Source of the DNA: Lama glama
Taxonomy: Eukaryota
Direction: 5' to 3'
Length of the DNA stretch: 64,000 nucleotides
NCBI GenBank assembly: GCA_028534125.1
Contig: CM052816.1
Span: forward strand, 48,920,001 to 48,984,000
Part shown: positions 41,101-53,509 of the stretch, in pieces
How positions within the stretch are numbered: position 1 is the stretch's first letter
How the letters are laid out: each line of letters starts with the position of its first letter
The notes under the pieces: generated by a model
Databases searched by the model: none
What the model was told of the DNA's origin: nothing
The model's input: only the letters and a program-made list of their open reading frames with translations
Program-made: the position numbers and the translations under genes

Positions 41101-42219
41101 TTTCCTTTCTTAGAGTACTAAACCAGTTCAGATAGTGGGGATTTCTCATGAAACTCAAGAGGTTCCTGCCTCTGAACCTATTCATTTTGTTTAGGACCTT
41201 TGAGAGATACCCCTTCTCCTTGGTTTCTCTACCCTTATCCGTGTATCAGACTGTGAGTTTTTAGAGTAGTTTCATGGTGAAATTTTTGTCTTCCAAGAAG
41301 GGGAGATAGTTCTAGAAATTGACAATGGTTATCAAAGTAACCCACCAAGTGAATTAAAGTACCCTTTGACATTTTTATTTGTCCTATCGCTGATGTTACT
41401 AGAGCAGATTCTGGAAACACTGATCATTTATCTTTATTGAATTAGCTACCACTTTAATCATGGGCAAAATCTGCAACTGATGTTAGCAAAATAGTGCATC
41501 TCCCATCAAAATTCAAAATAAGCCTCCCCTCCCAAGAGCTCTTCTCAGAATTAATCAATACTCTGAGTAAAGAAGCCCTTCAAGACGTAAAGCCCATAAT
41601 CTAAGATTGGATAGCTCAAGGCCTCATTATCCCTTGTATTAGTCCCTCTAACACTCTCATTTTACTGGTGAGAAAACCTAAAGGCTGATGGTGAAGGTTG
41701 TCCAGGACTTCTGAGTAATAAACAACATTGTTATTCCTCAACACCTTGTTTATAACTCTCATGTGTTAATAGCATCCATTCCCCCACAAAGGAACTTTTT
41801 ATCTGAGATTGATTTATAGAGTACATTCTTTAGTATTCCAGTTGATAGAAGTTTCAGAAAAAGATCTTCTTCAACAGGGGGAAATATAAAAAATAATAAA
41901 CAGAAATCTCAAGTAAGTAGAGTTAGGAGACCAGAAAGGGGAGCTCTTACACCCTATGATACTAGAACCCAGTAGGAAGAAGAAAGACTCTTCTTTGTCA
42001 GCAAGGACTCAGGCAATGAAGAGCTATGGGCTCTTTGTTTCCCATAGCCTTCCTGACTTCATTTTCCTTTCCTTAAAACCATTTTTCTTTCCTTGCCTTG
42101 TAGGGACTTACACATGGCTTGCCATGATTACAGACCTCAAATTGCAATTCTCTGCTGATCCTGAATAAACCTAACTTTCCTGGAGAAATATCTGGCAGTC
42201 TATTTGTTTTAGGCCAACA
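38158..42219 (+). mobile_element. Decayed ERV1 provirus (MER89-like LTRs): 5'LTR 38158-38483, PBS, gag, pro, 5' part of pol, 3'LTR 41885-42219
   Basis: Two homologous LTRs; PBS TGGTGGCTTATATGGGCA; zinc-knuckle remnant FYYCKETEHWKRHY (~40210); protease VLIDIRA (~41044); RT start ISPSNTLILLVRKP (~41640); PPT cagggggaaa; TSD ACAT/ATAT. Confidence 0.9.
40404..41027 (-). mobile_element. Solo LTR nested in the ERV1 provirus
   Basis: TG...CA with terminal inverted repeat gatggaaa/tttccatc; GTA duplicated at both flanks; host sequence resumes with the protease motif. Confidence 0.75.
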
Positions 42220-44706
42220 ATATATAGGATACTCAGAGAAGTAAGAAAGAAAACTAGCGGGCAACATCTTGGAGTAATCTTACAGATTTGCTCTTTTATA
42301 TAGAAACTTAGTAATGTGTACTGCAGACATATTTGAGAGGCCTTGAGTTTTATCTTATCTAGCAGTTTGGTTTATAATAATTTATCACATTTAGTACCAC
42401 TGAAGAGTATTAATTGAAATATTTAGAAAGGAGATAAAATATTTTAAATATATGAAGATTGTTGAAAATAGTTAAAAGCATATGAATTTTATAATGACCC
42501 CAAACATTTTTTGAAGCTATCTAAAAAGTGATTGCTAAATTTTATAGTCCTTTAACCTTGAATACATTTTGGGCATCTACACTTTAAAATTTATAACTTC
42601 AGTAAATTGCAAATTAATTAAACTGAATTCAACTCTCCAGTATTTTTTCCTGTAAGCAAAACTTCCCTCCAGGGCATCAAAATAAACAAAAGCAAAGAAC
42701 CCTCCTCTAAAATACAGCAGCAAGCAGTAAGTACAAATTCAGATTTGAGATGAAAAGAGATCACATTGTAATAGTGCCTTGGATTTTTAAAAAAGATTTT
42801 ATAGGAGAGCACTTTGACCTGAAATATTGCTTAATAATCTGTGGGTGCCAGTTCTATGGATTTCTACTTCTTTTGACCAACTTTTTGTGTCTTTTAGAAA
42901 TGTGCTCATAAATGCACAGATAATGATGCTGTACTTATTGGCATGGATTCTGTGCAGTTTAACAGTTTTTAAAGGAGATACAGCTTGTGATTTTCTCTGC
43001 CTTACAGTTATGTACTGAGATTTATTTTTCAAGTTATTCTTTTATCCCTCCAGTTCCTTTCTCTTCTTTTCTATTTTTGTATGTAATATGGTAAATAAAT
43101 ACAAGTCTAAAGGGGATAATTTATTTCCCTTAATTATAACTACCTTTTAAAATTTTTTTACAATAGCTCATGCTGCAACATCATAATGGCAGTAATAAAA
43201 TAACATAAATTATTCACCTAGCAGCAGCCTGAAAATAAAGGGTACATAGAAAGAAGAGAGAGTCTGAAAGATAAGTTAATGAGATCATTATCAGTATATT
43301 TCTTTGTGTTTTTAAATGCTTCCCACTTCCAGGTCTTATAATTTCATAATACTTTGTCATAAGTATGAGTTTCTATATTCTCCTGACAAAAAGTTGTTTT
43401 CTGCAGCAATTATAGTAGAGTAAAATTTAAAAAAGGATACGAAGCTTTTAAGTGGAATTTCTTTAACATTCCTAAGGCTCCCTGGACTCCTGTTAGCATA
43501 TCTTATTCTTAGTATCTGTAGTAAAAGCACATTTCTCCCTTTTTGTTATACATTTCTAAATTCTCATTACCTCCTTATAAACAATTAAATCACAAAGTAA
43601 GCAAAGCCAATTGAATGGTGGCTGAGCAACCATCACTACTGCATAGTATTAAAAATTGAAAATAAACACAGTTTAGCTATACCAGCTAATTTAGTTAGGT
43701 ATCACCCTAAGGCATCAACACCATTTATCACTATCACTGCAGCCTGGCATGAAGGCACAATCATCAGTAGCTTTTACAAAGCAAATTAAGAACTTTCAAA
43801 GTTTTCTTTTCTCAGCAAAGGAAAACGAACACTTAATATTCTTTATGTATAAATCCTTGTGGTCAATCCCAGTGTCACGATCAGCCTTAACATTTGGAAG
43901 TAAGAAGTTCTATACACACATATGCTGCTGTGTATAATTATTTATGGTCCTCAGATTCCTGAATATCACAAAAATTATAGCTTCAAAAGGCTTTGCTTAT
44001 GTTGAAAATAATGTATGTTTAAAAAAGAAAAAAAACAACTCTGGTTTTGGTCATTCTTCCTAATAAATAAAGTGTAAATTACCTTCATTCATTAGCTATC
44101 TTTTAAATTTTTAAATTCTTATGAAATCATGTATTTAATGCAGAAAATCTTATTCATTTTTAATAGACTATATTTTTTTAGAGCAGTTTTGGATTCATAA
44201 CAAACTTGAGAGGAAAGTGCAGAGACTTCCCATATAGCCACTGCCCCTACTTGTGCACTGTATCCTTACCAAATTCCCCTACCAGAGAGTGGTACATTCT
44301 GTTATAGTTGATGAACCTAATTTGTTATGTCGTTATTACACAAAGGCTGTAGTTACATTGGGATTCACTTTAATGTTGTGCATTGTATGGGTTTGGACAA
44401 ATGTGTAATGACATGTATTCATTGTTACAGTACAGCGTAGTTTCACTGCCTTAAATATCCTCAGTGCTCCATCAATTCATCCCTTCCTTCCTCCAGACAC
44501 CCTGGCAACCACTGATCTATTTATGTCTCCACAGTTTTGCCTTTTCCATAAGGTTATATAGTTTAAAATACAGTACATAACTTTTTTAGTTTGGTTTACT
44601 TCACTTAGTAGTATGCAGTTAACTTTTCTCTTTAATTTTGCATGGATTGAAAGCTGGTTTCCTTTTAGCACTGAATAATACTGCATTTTCTGTATGTACC
44701 AGGACA

Positions 44707-44805
44707 AGTAAGCATTATAATGTCTTGAAGACTAGTAAGCATTACAATTTCTTGAAGACTAGTAAGCATTATAATAAGTCTTGAAGCATTATATACGTCT
44801 TGAAG
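44707..44805. repeat. 27-bp tandem repeat, ~3.7 copies (agtaagcattataatgtcttgaagact)
   Basis: Units start at 44707, 44734, 44761 and (partial) 44787. Confidence 0.9.
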
Positions 44806-46412
44806 TGTTATTACTCTGACTTTGTTTTTCTTCTGCAGTATTAACTTGGCTTTTCTGGGTCTTTTGCATCTCCATATAAACTTTAGAATTAGTTTGTTGA
44901 TATCCACAAAATAACAGCCTAGGATTTTGATTGAGATTGTATTAAATCTATACATCAAATTAGAAAGAACTGACATCTTGACAATACTGAGTCTTTGTAT
45001 TCATAAACATGGCATGTTTCTCAATTTCTTTAGTTCTTTGATATCCTTCATCAAAATTTTGTACTCTTCTGCATGTAGATCTATATGTATTTTCTTAGAT
45101 TTATACCTAAATATTTCCTTTTTAGAGTGCTAATGTAAATGGTGTCATGCTTTTAATTTAATATTCCACTTGTTTGTTTTGGGGATAGCAAAAAACAATT
45201 GGCTTTTTTAATATTATGCTTGTATCCTGCAACTTTGCTATAGTGACTTATTATTAGTTTCAGGAGTATTTTTTTGTTTATATTTTCAGATTTTTTTGCA
45301 AATAGACAATCATGTCATCTGTGAATAAAGACAATTTTAGTTTTTCTTTGTGATCTGTATATCTCTATTTCCTTTTCTTGTTTTATTGCATTAGCTTAGA
45401 CTTCCTGTATGATGTTGAAAAGCTGTGGTGAGAGGAAATACCCTTGCTTTTTTTTCTGATCTTAGTGAGAAAGCCTGGAGTGTCTCAATATTAAGTATGA
45501 TGTCAGCTTTCAGTTTTTCATAGATTTTTGAAAATCAAATTGAGGAAGTTTCCTTTTATTCTCAGTTTAGTAGCTGACTTATTAAAGGATGTTGGGTTTC
45601 ATCAAATATTTTTTCTCCATTTATAGATCATGTGATTGTTTTCCCCTTCTTTAGCCTGTTGATGTGATTATTAAATTCTTTGATTTTATAGTGAGGCATG
45701 ATGTATTGGGTAAAAGGAACTGCTCTAAATAGATGTTTATTACTGTAGTGGTAAAGTATGGGGGAAAGGGAAGAGTTTTATAGAAAAAAAAATAGATCTC
45801 AGTCTTTCAGTAAGTCTGTGTTTCTGGTCATATGACCTACATATGACTATCAGTCCTCCTCTACCCTCACATTAGGTTTTGAGTATGGTTAGATTGGGCT
45901 AGAGTTGAATATTTACCATCTTCCATGTGGAAGGTTAGAAGTGAAGTTGGGCATTTCCCTTCTGCCAGGCAGGTTAGGTTCTGGATGAATAGTTTCTCCT
46001 GAGACCAGACTTTGTTGAGAAGAACAGAATGCTCAGGCATATCTCTAAATGGTTTATTTTCCTCTCTCCCTATTAGAAGCACAGGGGGATTTTTCTCTGA
46101 TTTTTACTGTGAGAATCTAGTAAAGATTCTAGAAGTAAAACTCACAAATTATGGAAGCCCCTCAGTGATAACTTGAGTCCCCCTGGAATTTTTAGCTCTT
46201 GGAGTTGTCCACACTGAGTCTCCAGCAATTCATCAATTATAGTTCAGGTTTCCTTGCCCTGTCACTGGTTACTGTGGAAACTGCTTCCCCAGTAAGCTGT
46301 GATTCTCTGTGTACACCTGTCTCTATCTCTCAATTTTGGGGACAGCCATTTGCCCTGTGACCTCACCTCTCTTACAGATACAAGAGGGTTTATTGATTTT
46401 TTCAGTTTTTTA

Positions 46413-46452
46413 TTGGTAGGATGGAGTTGGTAGGATGGAGTTGGTAGGATGG
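46413..46452. repeat. 14-bp tandem repeat (ttggtaggatggag) x2.9
   Basis: Directly visible, perfect copies. Confidence 0.95.
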
Positions 46453-49333
46453 TCCAAGCTTCTTACATGCTGGGCCAGGAACCAGAAGTGTTTGTGCATA
46501 TTAATGTCCTAATCATGATGCAGTAAGGTTAGCAATGCAGAACTCAGTTCATTCTTAAAGGGAATATTTCACAGCACATTTGGAGATAACAGAAGCAGTT
46601 TTTGATTTTTATAAACTATTTACAATAATGACAGAATTGAGTGATTAAAGCCAGACTTGAAAAAATGAAATTGTCTAATTTAGTGCTGTTGCTTTTCAGT
46701 GAGAAAAATGAAAGACAAAGGAATTAACTGATTTGCCTAAATTCTGTAACAGAGTTTAGCTTGCAGTACCTCTGATATGGTGGTTTTAATTTGATGTTCA
46801 TCCTATTGTAAAATACATACTTTGTAAAGTTTGTAGAATCTTGACTACTTTCTGAATGCTTTAATATTATTGGAGCGAGGAGTGATCTATTTTGGAGCTA
46901 TAGAAAATTGAAAACCTCAACGGCAAAAGGCATATATTGCCAGTTTCCTTTAAGCTCTATCCCAAGAAACTGCAGATTTAGTCAACCAGCTTTAACACTT
47001 TCTTTCATCCTTAATATCTGATGTCAGGTTACCTTATCAATGGTTGTATAGTCCACTAATATCAATTTATAAGAATGTTGCTAATGAAAAGTGGTTGCAG
47101 CCAGCTATCATAGCCTATGTTTTATGCTTTTGACTTGTCTAACTCTATTGTTCTGATTCCATGTTCATTCAACATACTTGGCTTGCCCTATGTTAAGCTG
47201 CAGAAAGAGCATGGGAAGATTGCATAGGCATTTGGTCCTCTGGTGGTTATTTTTATTGTGAAAGAATAAATTATTTTGCTGTATAATAGATTCTGTCAGA
47301 TATTAAATTTGGAATATTTCCTTCAGTTTCCATAGTTCGGTTAGTACCTGCATAAGCACCATCATAACACAGTGCACATACTGTGTTACAACCCTTGCAA
47401 TACTTTGATATTTATTTGATTGTTTAATTGTCTGTCCCTAAACTGTATGTTCCTTGAAGACAAGCATTTTTTATTATTTGTTGTTTTATTACCAGTATGT
47501 AGAACATAGTGGTATTACTAGTTCTTAGCCTGGCATATAACAGTTTCTCAGTAAATATTGTAAATGACTGAATGACTTACTGGCTGAATTCTAGCTTCTA
47601 GAGGGAAGAAGTCTCAAGAAGACTAATATGAAATAACCAGTATCTCAGTTTAAATGTTTTGAGTATAAGAATTTTAACATAGTACCAGCTACAGATAACC
47701 AATTTGTGATGCAAATTTTAAAGTCCTAAAGAGGATGCACTTTAATAGATAAGCATACCATTGATTAATGCAGTGTTTAATTTGAGATACTAGGCATTGT
47801 ATTTTAAATAGTTTTTATGTTGTGTGACTGAGTTTTACAGGCCGTGTACATTAGTAACGGAAATCTTTCCTCCCAGAAAAGTAGGGACTGGATGCAAACA
47901 TTTTCCTGTCAGATTGTTATCGTTGATATGCAGATTATAGCCACTGTTTTTTAACATAAATATGTAATAATTTAAAATATCAAGCCAAACAAATCCTTGG
48001 TTGTTGCACAAATTAGATGTACACAATCACTTTCTTCTCCTGAAAGCAGCAACCTCTTTCTATGAATCCACCAATACCCTTTATACATCCTACTTCAACC
48101 TCGCCCCCTTACTCTACTAACATTGCTGTATAGTAAAAGCTAGGAATCACAAAATGTAAAATGAACAGAAATGCACACTTTCACACCCACATATATACCA
48201 AATCCTCTATGTGTGTCTCATGTCTTTTATTTACTTTGTCTGCCACTAGTAGAATTTACTCTATTTCTAAATGACAACTCTTTATTGTCCACTATTTTCT
48301 CTGTCATTAAGTAAGGACCTTCTTTTCATTGAGATTAAATTCCTCTGTCATAGACATGTATAAACTATGAAAGCACAGTAACTGTTACTGTCTAGTGAGC
48401 ACTATTCAGGATGATACATAAATAATGATCACTAACAGTGGGAGAATAAGGATAAGAATATCTAATCAATGTATCAGGTACCTTGTCAGTGTATATTCTG
48501 TGTCAATAAATTAAATACCTAATGCCTGATTAGAAAATGAAGCAGATCACTCAGCATGATTGACATTGTCATTATCATCATCAAATAATTTTCAGGCTTT
48601 TTCTAGTTCTAGTCTAGTCCCTGAATACTGTGTTAATTCATAAAGCCTATCAGAGCCCTATTCACTAAGTAATTGCTTTACTATACTAAGTTTTGTCCCA
48701 GTGGCCTGAATTCTAGGATGAATTTATTATACAGTAAACACTGGTTAATAGTTTTGAGTTCATGCTGCTCTTCTGTAAGATTTATTGAGCTCAGATACAA
48801 AATACGATTTTATGGGTAGGCTCTTTGAGATTGATTTATTTGTGATTTCAGTAGGATCTAGTTTCTTACTAACATTATTACCTAACTTCAGTAAACAAGA
48901 CATTAACTTATGGATTGTATAAACTCTTGCTGCCTTGAAACACACTTTACTGATTACAGTAATGAATCCAGTAACAAAAATAGCAAAACTTTCTATTATT
49001 AGCTTCTAAAATTAAATGATCTTGGCTAAATGGAACTTTCCTAAATTTCCAGGGCACAAATTATGGTCCCTAGCCCTTCCGTGATAGTTGTGTCGAATAA
49101 TAAGAAACACTGTAAAATGAAATACTTTATACATGATAGAATTCTTTATCCCACTAGCTAAGTCATCAGGTCATCGTTGCTTTAGCAGCTTGTTTCCCTA
49201 GGAGAGCATGCAGCTTTGAATGATGAACACAGACAGTCTAGGGAAGCATGTAACTCTTACACTATTTTTTGAGTTCATTCTCTACAGTAAGTTCTTACTC
49301 ATTTCCTATATGCCTTGATGCTCTCTTCCTAAG

Positions 49334-49665
49334 AACTACATGAAAATGCAGTTGTGCCTATTAATCCAGAGACCTAATACAAAACGCCTATGACCTCATA
49401 AATTCTAAATTTTGAAGACTACGAGTTCTTCAGGTACACTTATGAGGAAACAAATACATAAAACAAGTAATTTATAAGTGTATTTGTTTAAATACATTTG
49501 AATAAAATAAGAATTCAGTGTTTATATAAACCCTGAGATTCTTAGAAAACTGGTCTGCTACCTCATCATAAAAGTGTCACATTTTTGGAGAGCCTCATTT
49601 AAAATGTCTACCAACTAAAAAATAGCAATTACTTGTTTATTATATAGTATAATTTTTTACCTCAG
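49334..49665 (+). pseudogene. Two candidate fossil exons 49334-49433 (...RDLIQNAYDLINSKF*RLRVLQ, one frameshift) and 49546-49665 (KTGLLPHHKSVTFLESLI*NVYQLKNSNYLFII*YNFLPQ)
   Basis: ctctcttcctaag|...CAG|gtacac and ttcttag|...CAG|gtaaga; second exon is exactly 120 nt, phase 0-0; both carry a LI(Q/*)NxYxLxNS motif. Confidence 0.45.
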
Positions 49666-49724
49666 GTAAGAATTTCATAAATAGATGTGTGTGTATGTAT
49701 ATTGTATATATGTGTATATATGTA

Positions 49725-50760
49725 TTCAAGTTTCATTATTCAGGTGGTTATAATCTATAAAGTTGCCACAAACACTGAATTAGTGAATAAGGACTCATTG
49801 CTCCTAGGAGAATACAGGGATAGATTCCTGAGGGACTCTGGTCACGTTTTCATCAGCCAGCTGATGCACAGTTTTATTTTATATATATTTATGTTTAAAG
49901 ACATCTTACTTAATATGTATTTCTTACAGGAATTCATTGCATAGTCTTTAAATGTTTTAAAGCTGGGGGCTTTGCAGGCCATTTGCATTACATAGGTTTG
50001 TTTGTCAGTTTCCTCATAAAATAAGTCAGTCATCTCAGTGTTAGAAAGAACTTCTCTTTCCTGTAAACTTTTTCCTGTATAACATTTAATAAGGATTTTA
50101 AGAATCCTTCCACAGCCTCTTGCTCTGCAGAACCTGCCTCGCCTGCACATTTGAGATTTTCATGTTGTATCACCTTTTGAAATAGGAGGTCAATCAACAC
50201 TAGTCAAGAAGAGTTTAACACTTCCTTGACTGTTGGCAATGTGACTATAAATATCTTTGACGTTCAACCTCACAACTATGCTGTCTGCTATACTTTTTAA
50301 AATAGGTCATCTCATGAATTCACAAATTTATTTGCTTTTCTATCTTTTCCATAGCTTCATTAGGCACCATAGACATTACATTACACTGTCATGGCCACAT
50401 GTACAGGCCAGTGAAGTTTTATCTTCCTTTCCTGGATGTACATATTGTTGATTCATTAACATTGAACTCATGGACAACATGGACAACAGCACTATAAGAT
50501 GTGCCTGAGTGAAGCTCATCTAATCATGAATTTTCTCCATAAGACACATCATAGTCTTCTCATCATTAGAAATATGAGATAGCACTTTAGCACGATATTA
50601 AAGGTCCATTTTAAACAAAGATGTCATCAAAAAAGTACTGAAAGACTCTGCACATGTCTGTGAATGAACATGAAAGCACTAGGAGTACTGATTTTGGAGT
50701 TATAAATATATTTTAGCAAGTTCATAAATTCACAAATATGAAATCTATGAATAATGAATT
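49725..50760 (-). mobile_element. TcMar-Tigger element (MER82/Tigger6-like) retaining a transposase fragment at ~49925-50440
   Basis: MER82-type arms (ctataaagttgccacaaacactgaattagtgaata; tattgttgattcattaacattgaactca). The - strand reads EAMEKIEKQINL*IHEMT, AGEAGSAEQEAVEGF and NTEMTDLFY...TY...KAPSFK, pogo transposase motifs. Confidence 0.8.
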
Positions 50761-50939
50761 CCCCTTTGAATAATTCTGCTGGGAATAATTTTACTGTTTT
50801 TAACTTTAATGCTTATTTCTTCACTTCACTTCATCCTTGTGATCTGCTAATGGGAGAGTCAAAGAAAAGCCAGCTCATTCCTTTCCTCTTCAATGTTTAT
50901 TCAACTGTGTTCTCAGTGAAAACATTCCTTTCCAATTTT

Positions 50940-52690
50940 ATCAGTTAGGGTTCAATGAAACAAACAGATCTACTATTCGTTTCTGTCAGACATTAGTTTT
51001 CTTATTTGATGCCATAGTTCCAAGGCTGCAGTATGTATGGGCAGTTTGGAAAGACAGATGGATAAGGAAGGAAAGATGGGTGAAAGGGAGGGCAGAGGTT
51101 AACTAGGACTCATGCAAAAACTAGAACCCACAAGATTAACTGGAACCCATTTCAGTTTTCATTGTTTCTGAACATGATGAAATTGACATACTGCATGAGA
51201 AGCTGCTGCCCCTATTCATGGTGTGAAATACACACCTGGCCCAGGAGCCATGGAAGCTGAAGGAGAATCCAAGGGAATGTATAGTAGATGAAGACCCGTT
51301 GCTGCCCAGCCAGTCCAAGTTCAGCCAGCAAAAAGCAACTTGTGTGAGCTACAGTAGTGCCTGATGACCTTGCTGTAGCCTTCTGTACATAAAGAGCACT
51401 AGAGTCACTGCTTCTTTCCTGTCTTCCAAATCTTTGCAAAAAATGTCTCTTATGACCTACTCTCATGACAAACACAGAGGTAAGGATATCCCAGGAAAAG
51501 TAGTTCAGCTTAGCCAAATCAACACATTACAAAGCCAGTGCAGTCCACTTTTTGTCACTTTTTGTGTGTGTTTGTGTGTTTGTGTATGTATCTTTAAACA
51601 GACTTACTTTCAAAAAATTAATAAAGTTACGCCTCCTTCCAACACAATGCAACTTTTCCATTGACTTTGATCGTAGGACTTGGTGGTATTATGAGACCTC
51701 CCAGGGAATCATCTGGGTTCCAGACATCATTCTGGGTCCACATTATTTAGTAGCAGCCCATTCTTCCCTTAGTTGTGAGTCAGTTACCCAGCCAGAATAG
51801 TAACCCCTTTCTTTGTCTGTTGTGTCATTGGTATGAGGAACTAAAAGAGGTTAGGTTATCATCCCAAATTCTAGTTCAGTAATTTTGTCATTGATTTAAG
51901 CATTCCTCCTTTTGGATTTAAGACTTTTAGACCATTGGAAACTAAAGTAATTGGGACAGGAAATTTTTTTTTTCTAATGATCATTTGTTATAATAGTGAA
52001 AGGAAATACTTTTACCCTTTGAGTCACAGATCCATGAATTTTGGCCATAGGAGAAACACCTCCATATTTAGACTGCTGATTTAGAGCATATATATCACAT
52101 CCTGGAGAAAGTTTCCCCTCATCTACAAGATACAACCACAACTGAGAATTCAAAATGCCATTGCACTGTTTGAAATAAGCCAGACGTTTCAAGATAATGA
52201 AGAACATGTACAATGTACATGTAGTGAATTTCATGGTCCTGGGCTTATTGCCAAACTCTATTGGTTCGGAAATTATTTAGTTGGTCAAAAATGATGTTAC
52301 GTGTAATGCCAGTGTGGTGAGTATGGCATTCTATAAAATCACGGAGAGTTACTTTTGGCAGAAGCATTGTAGACAAGGAGAAAAACCCATATCCAGAATA
52401 AATGTCTAATCCAATGAGAACAAAGTACTACCAGTTCCACCAGTTGAGCTGGCTGCTAATCCCAGAGAATGGTGCCAAAACCAAGGCTAAGTGTTGGTTT
52501 CTGCTGTGGGCATATTGGCACTCAGCAGTGGCTGTAGCCAGCTCCGTCCTGGTGAGTGTAAATCCTATATTCTGCTCCAGTATAAAACCTCTGTGTTTGC
52601 TGTGATGGCCACTTTGTTCATGAGCCAGTTAGGCAATGACAGAATTGGGTGGGAGAAGGATAACTGACAGAGAAATGGTCATATTATTTT
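50940..52690 (-). mobile_element. ERVL 3' LTR (~50940-51530) plus adjacent pol/integrase remnants
   Basis: LTR boundary followed by cagtccactt (reverse of the ERVL PPT-region aagtggactg); antisense pol-like sequence after it. Confidence 0.65.
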
Positions 52691-53070
52691 TCTCCATACC
52701 ATCTACAGCTATCTGACATACCATATTTATTTGTCTGTTGGTATTTATTGCCTGTTGTTCACATTAGAATCCAAACTCCATTGAGGGCAGGGTTTATTGA
52801 CAATTTTGTTCATTGATGAATTTCCAGGATATAAAAAATATCTAAAATATAGTACATATATTCAAACAACAGTTGTCAAATGAAAAAATAATGAAACTTT
52901 ATAAGTAATCTATATGTGATTACTATTTTTATTGCTAAATTATACATTAGAAAACTGAGTGTCATAGAGATACATCATTACTTACCAAATGCCACTCCTC
53001 TCAAGTCATAAAGCTGGGATTCACAACCTGTCTGTTTGACTTACAAACTGTACTTTTAACAAGAGTGATG
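52690..53070. mobile_element. L2 3' end followed by a MIR
   Basis: aaactccattgagggcaggg (L2 3' end); gaaaactgagtgtc...gctgggattcacaacc (MIR core). Confidence 0.6.
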
Positions 53071-53160
53071 TATTACCTCTTATTTTGAAATACTGGATTA
53101 TTTGATGAAGTAGAACTGTGTAAGAAATTTTTTTTGTTTTGAAATTTTTATGTCATACAG

Positions 53161-53425
53161 TAGAAGACCTACATGAAGTCAAAACTGACTACTTTTGATA
53201 TTGTATGTGCTTTAAGAAAAATGATGCAAATACTCTGGATCCATTGTGGAGTTTTTCAGGACCTGACAGTACTAAAGAGACAAAATTTGAATATTATGAT
53301 TTGCCAAGGCTATACAACAGTAGTAAACACCTTGTACTGTCATTTAGGGCTCCTGGAGAGTTATTGCTTAGTAAAGCTGATAAACTACAGTTAGACATGA
53401 TTTTTGCAACCCAGCCACCAGTCAG
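53161..53425 (+). pseudogene. Best-preserved fossil exon: EDLHEVKTDYF*YCMCFKKNDANTLDPLWSFSGPDSTKETKFEYYDLPRLYNSSKHLVLSFRAPGELLLSKADKLQLDMIFATQPPV(R)
   Basis: T-rich tract+atacag acceptor, AG|gtcagt donor; 87 codons with a single TGA; overlaps ORF 53205..53435; not repeat-like. Confidence 0.6.
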
Positions 53426-53509
53426 GTCAGTATGATTGATGAAGATGAGGTACTTCCTCTGTAGAGAAAGATGCCATATATAGCCTCTGTAGTTTCATTT
53501 ACAGTCTTT

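Larger units (their letters stand above)
44160..46490 (-). mobile_element. L1MC-like element with internal deletions (3' UTR, RT part, 5' region)
   Basis: ttttagagcagttttggattcata...cagagacttcccatata L1MC 3' end; ORF 44665..44976 (-) YRFNTISIKI...LILKFIW. Confidence 0.85.

Noticed and set aside
42366..42470. Possible exon WFIIIYHI*YH*RVLIEIFRKEIKYFKYMKIVEN, phase-compatible with 37767
   Set aside because: Low-complexity AT-rich sequence and poor donor; too weak to list.
44707..44805. CRISPR-like repeat array
   Set aside because: Head-to-tail units without spacers, in mammalian L1 context.
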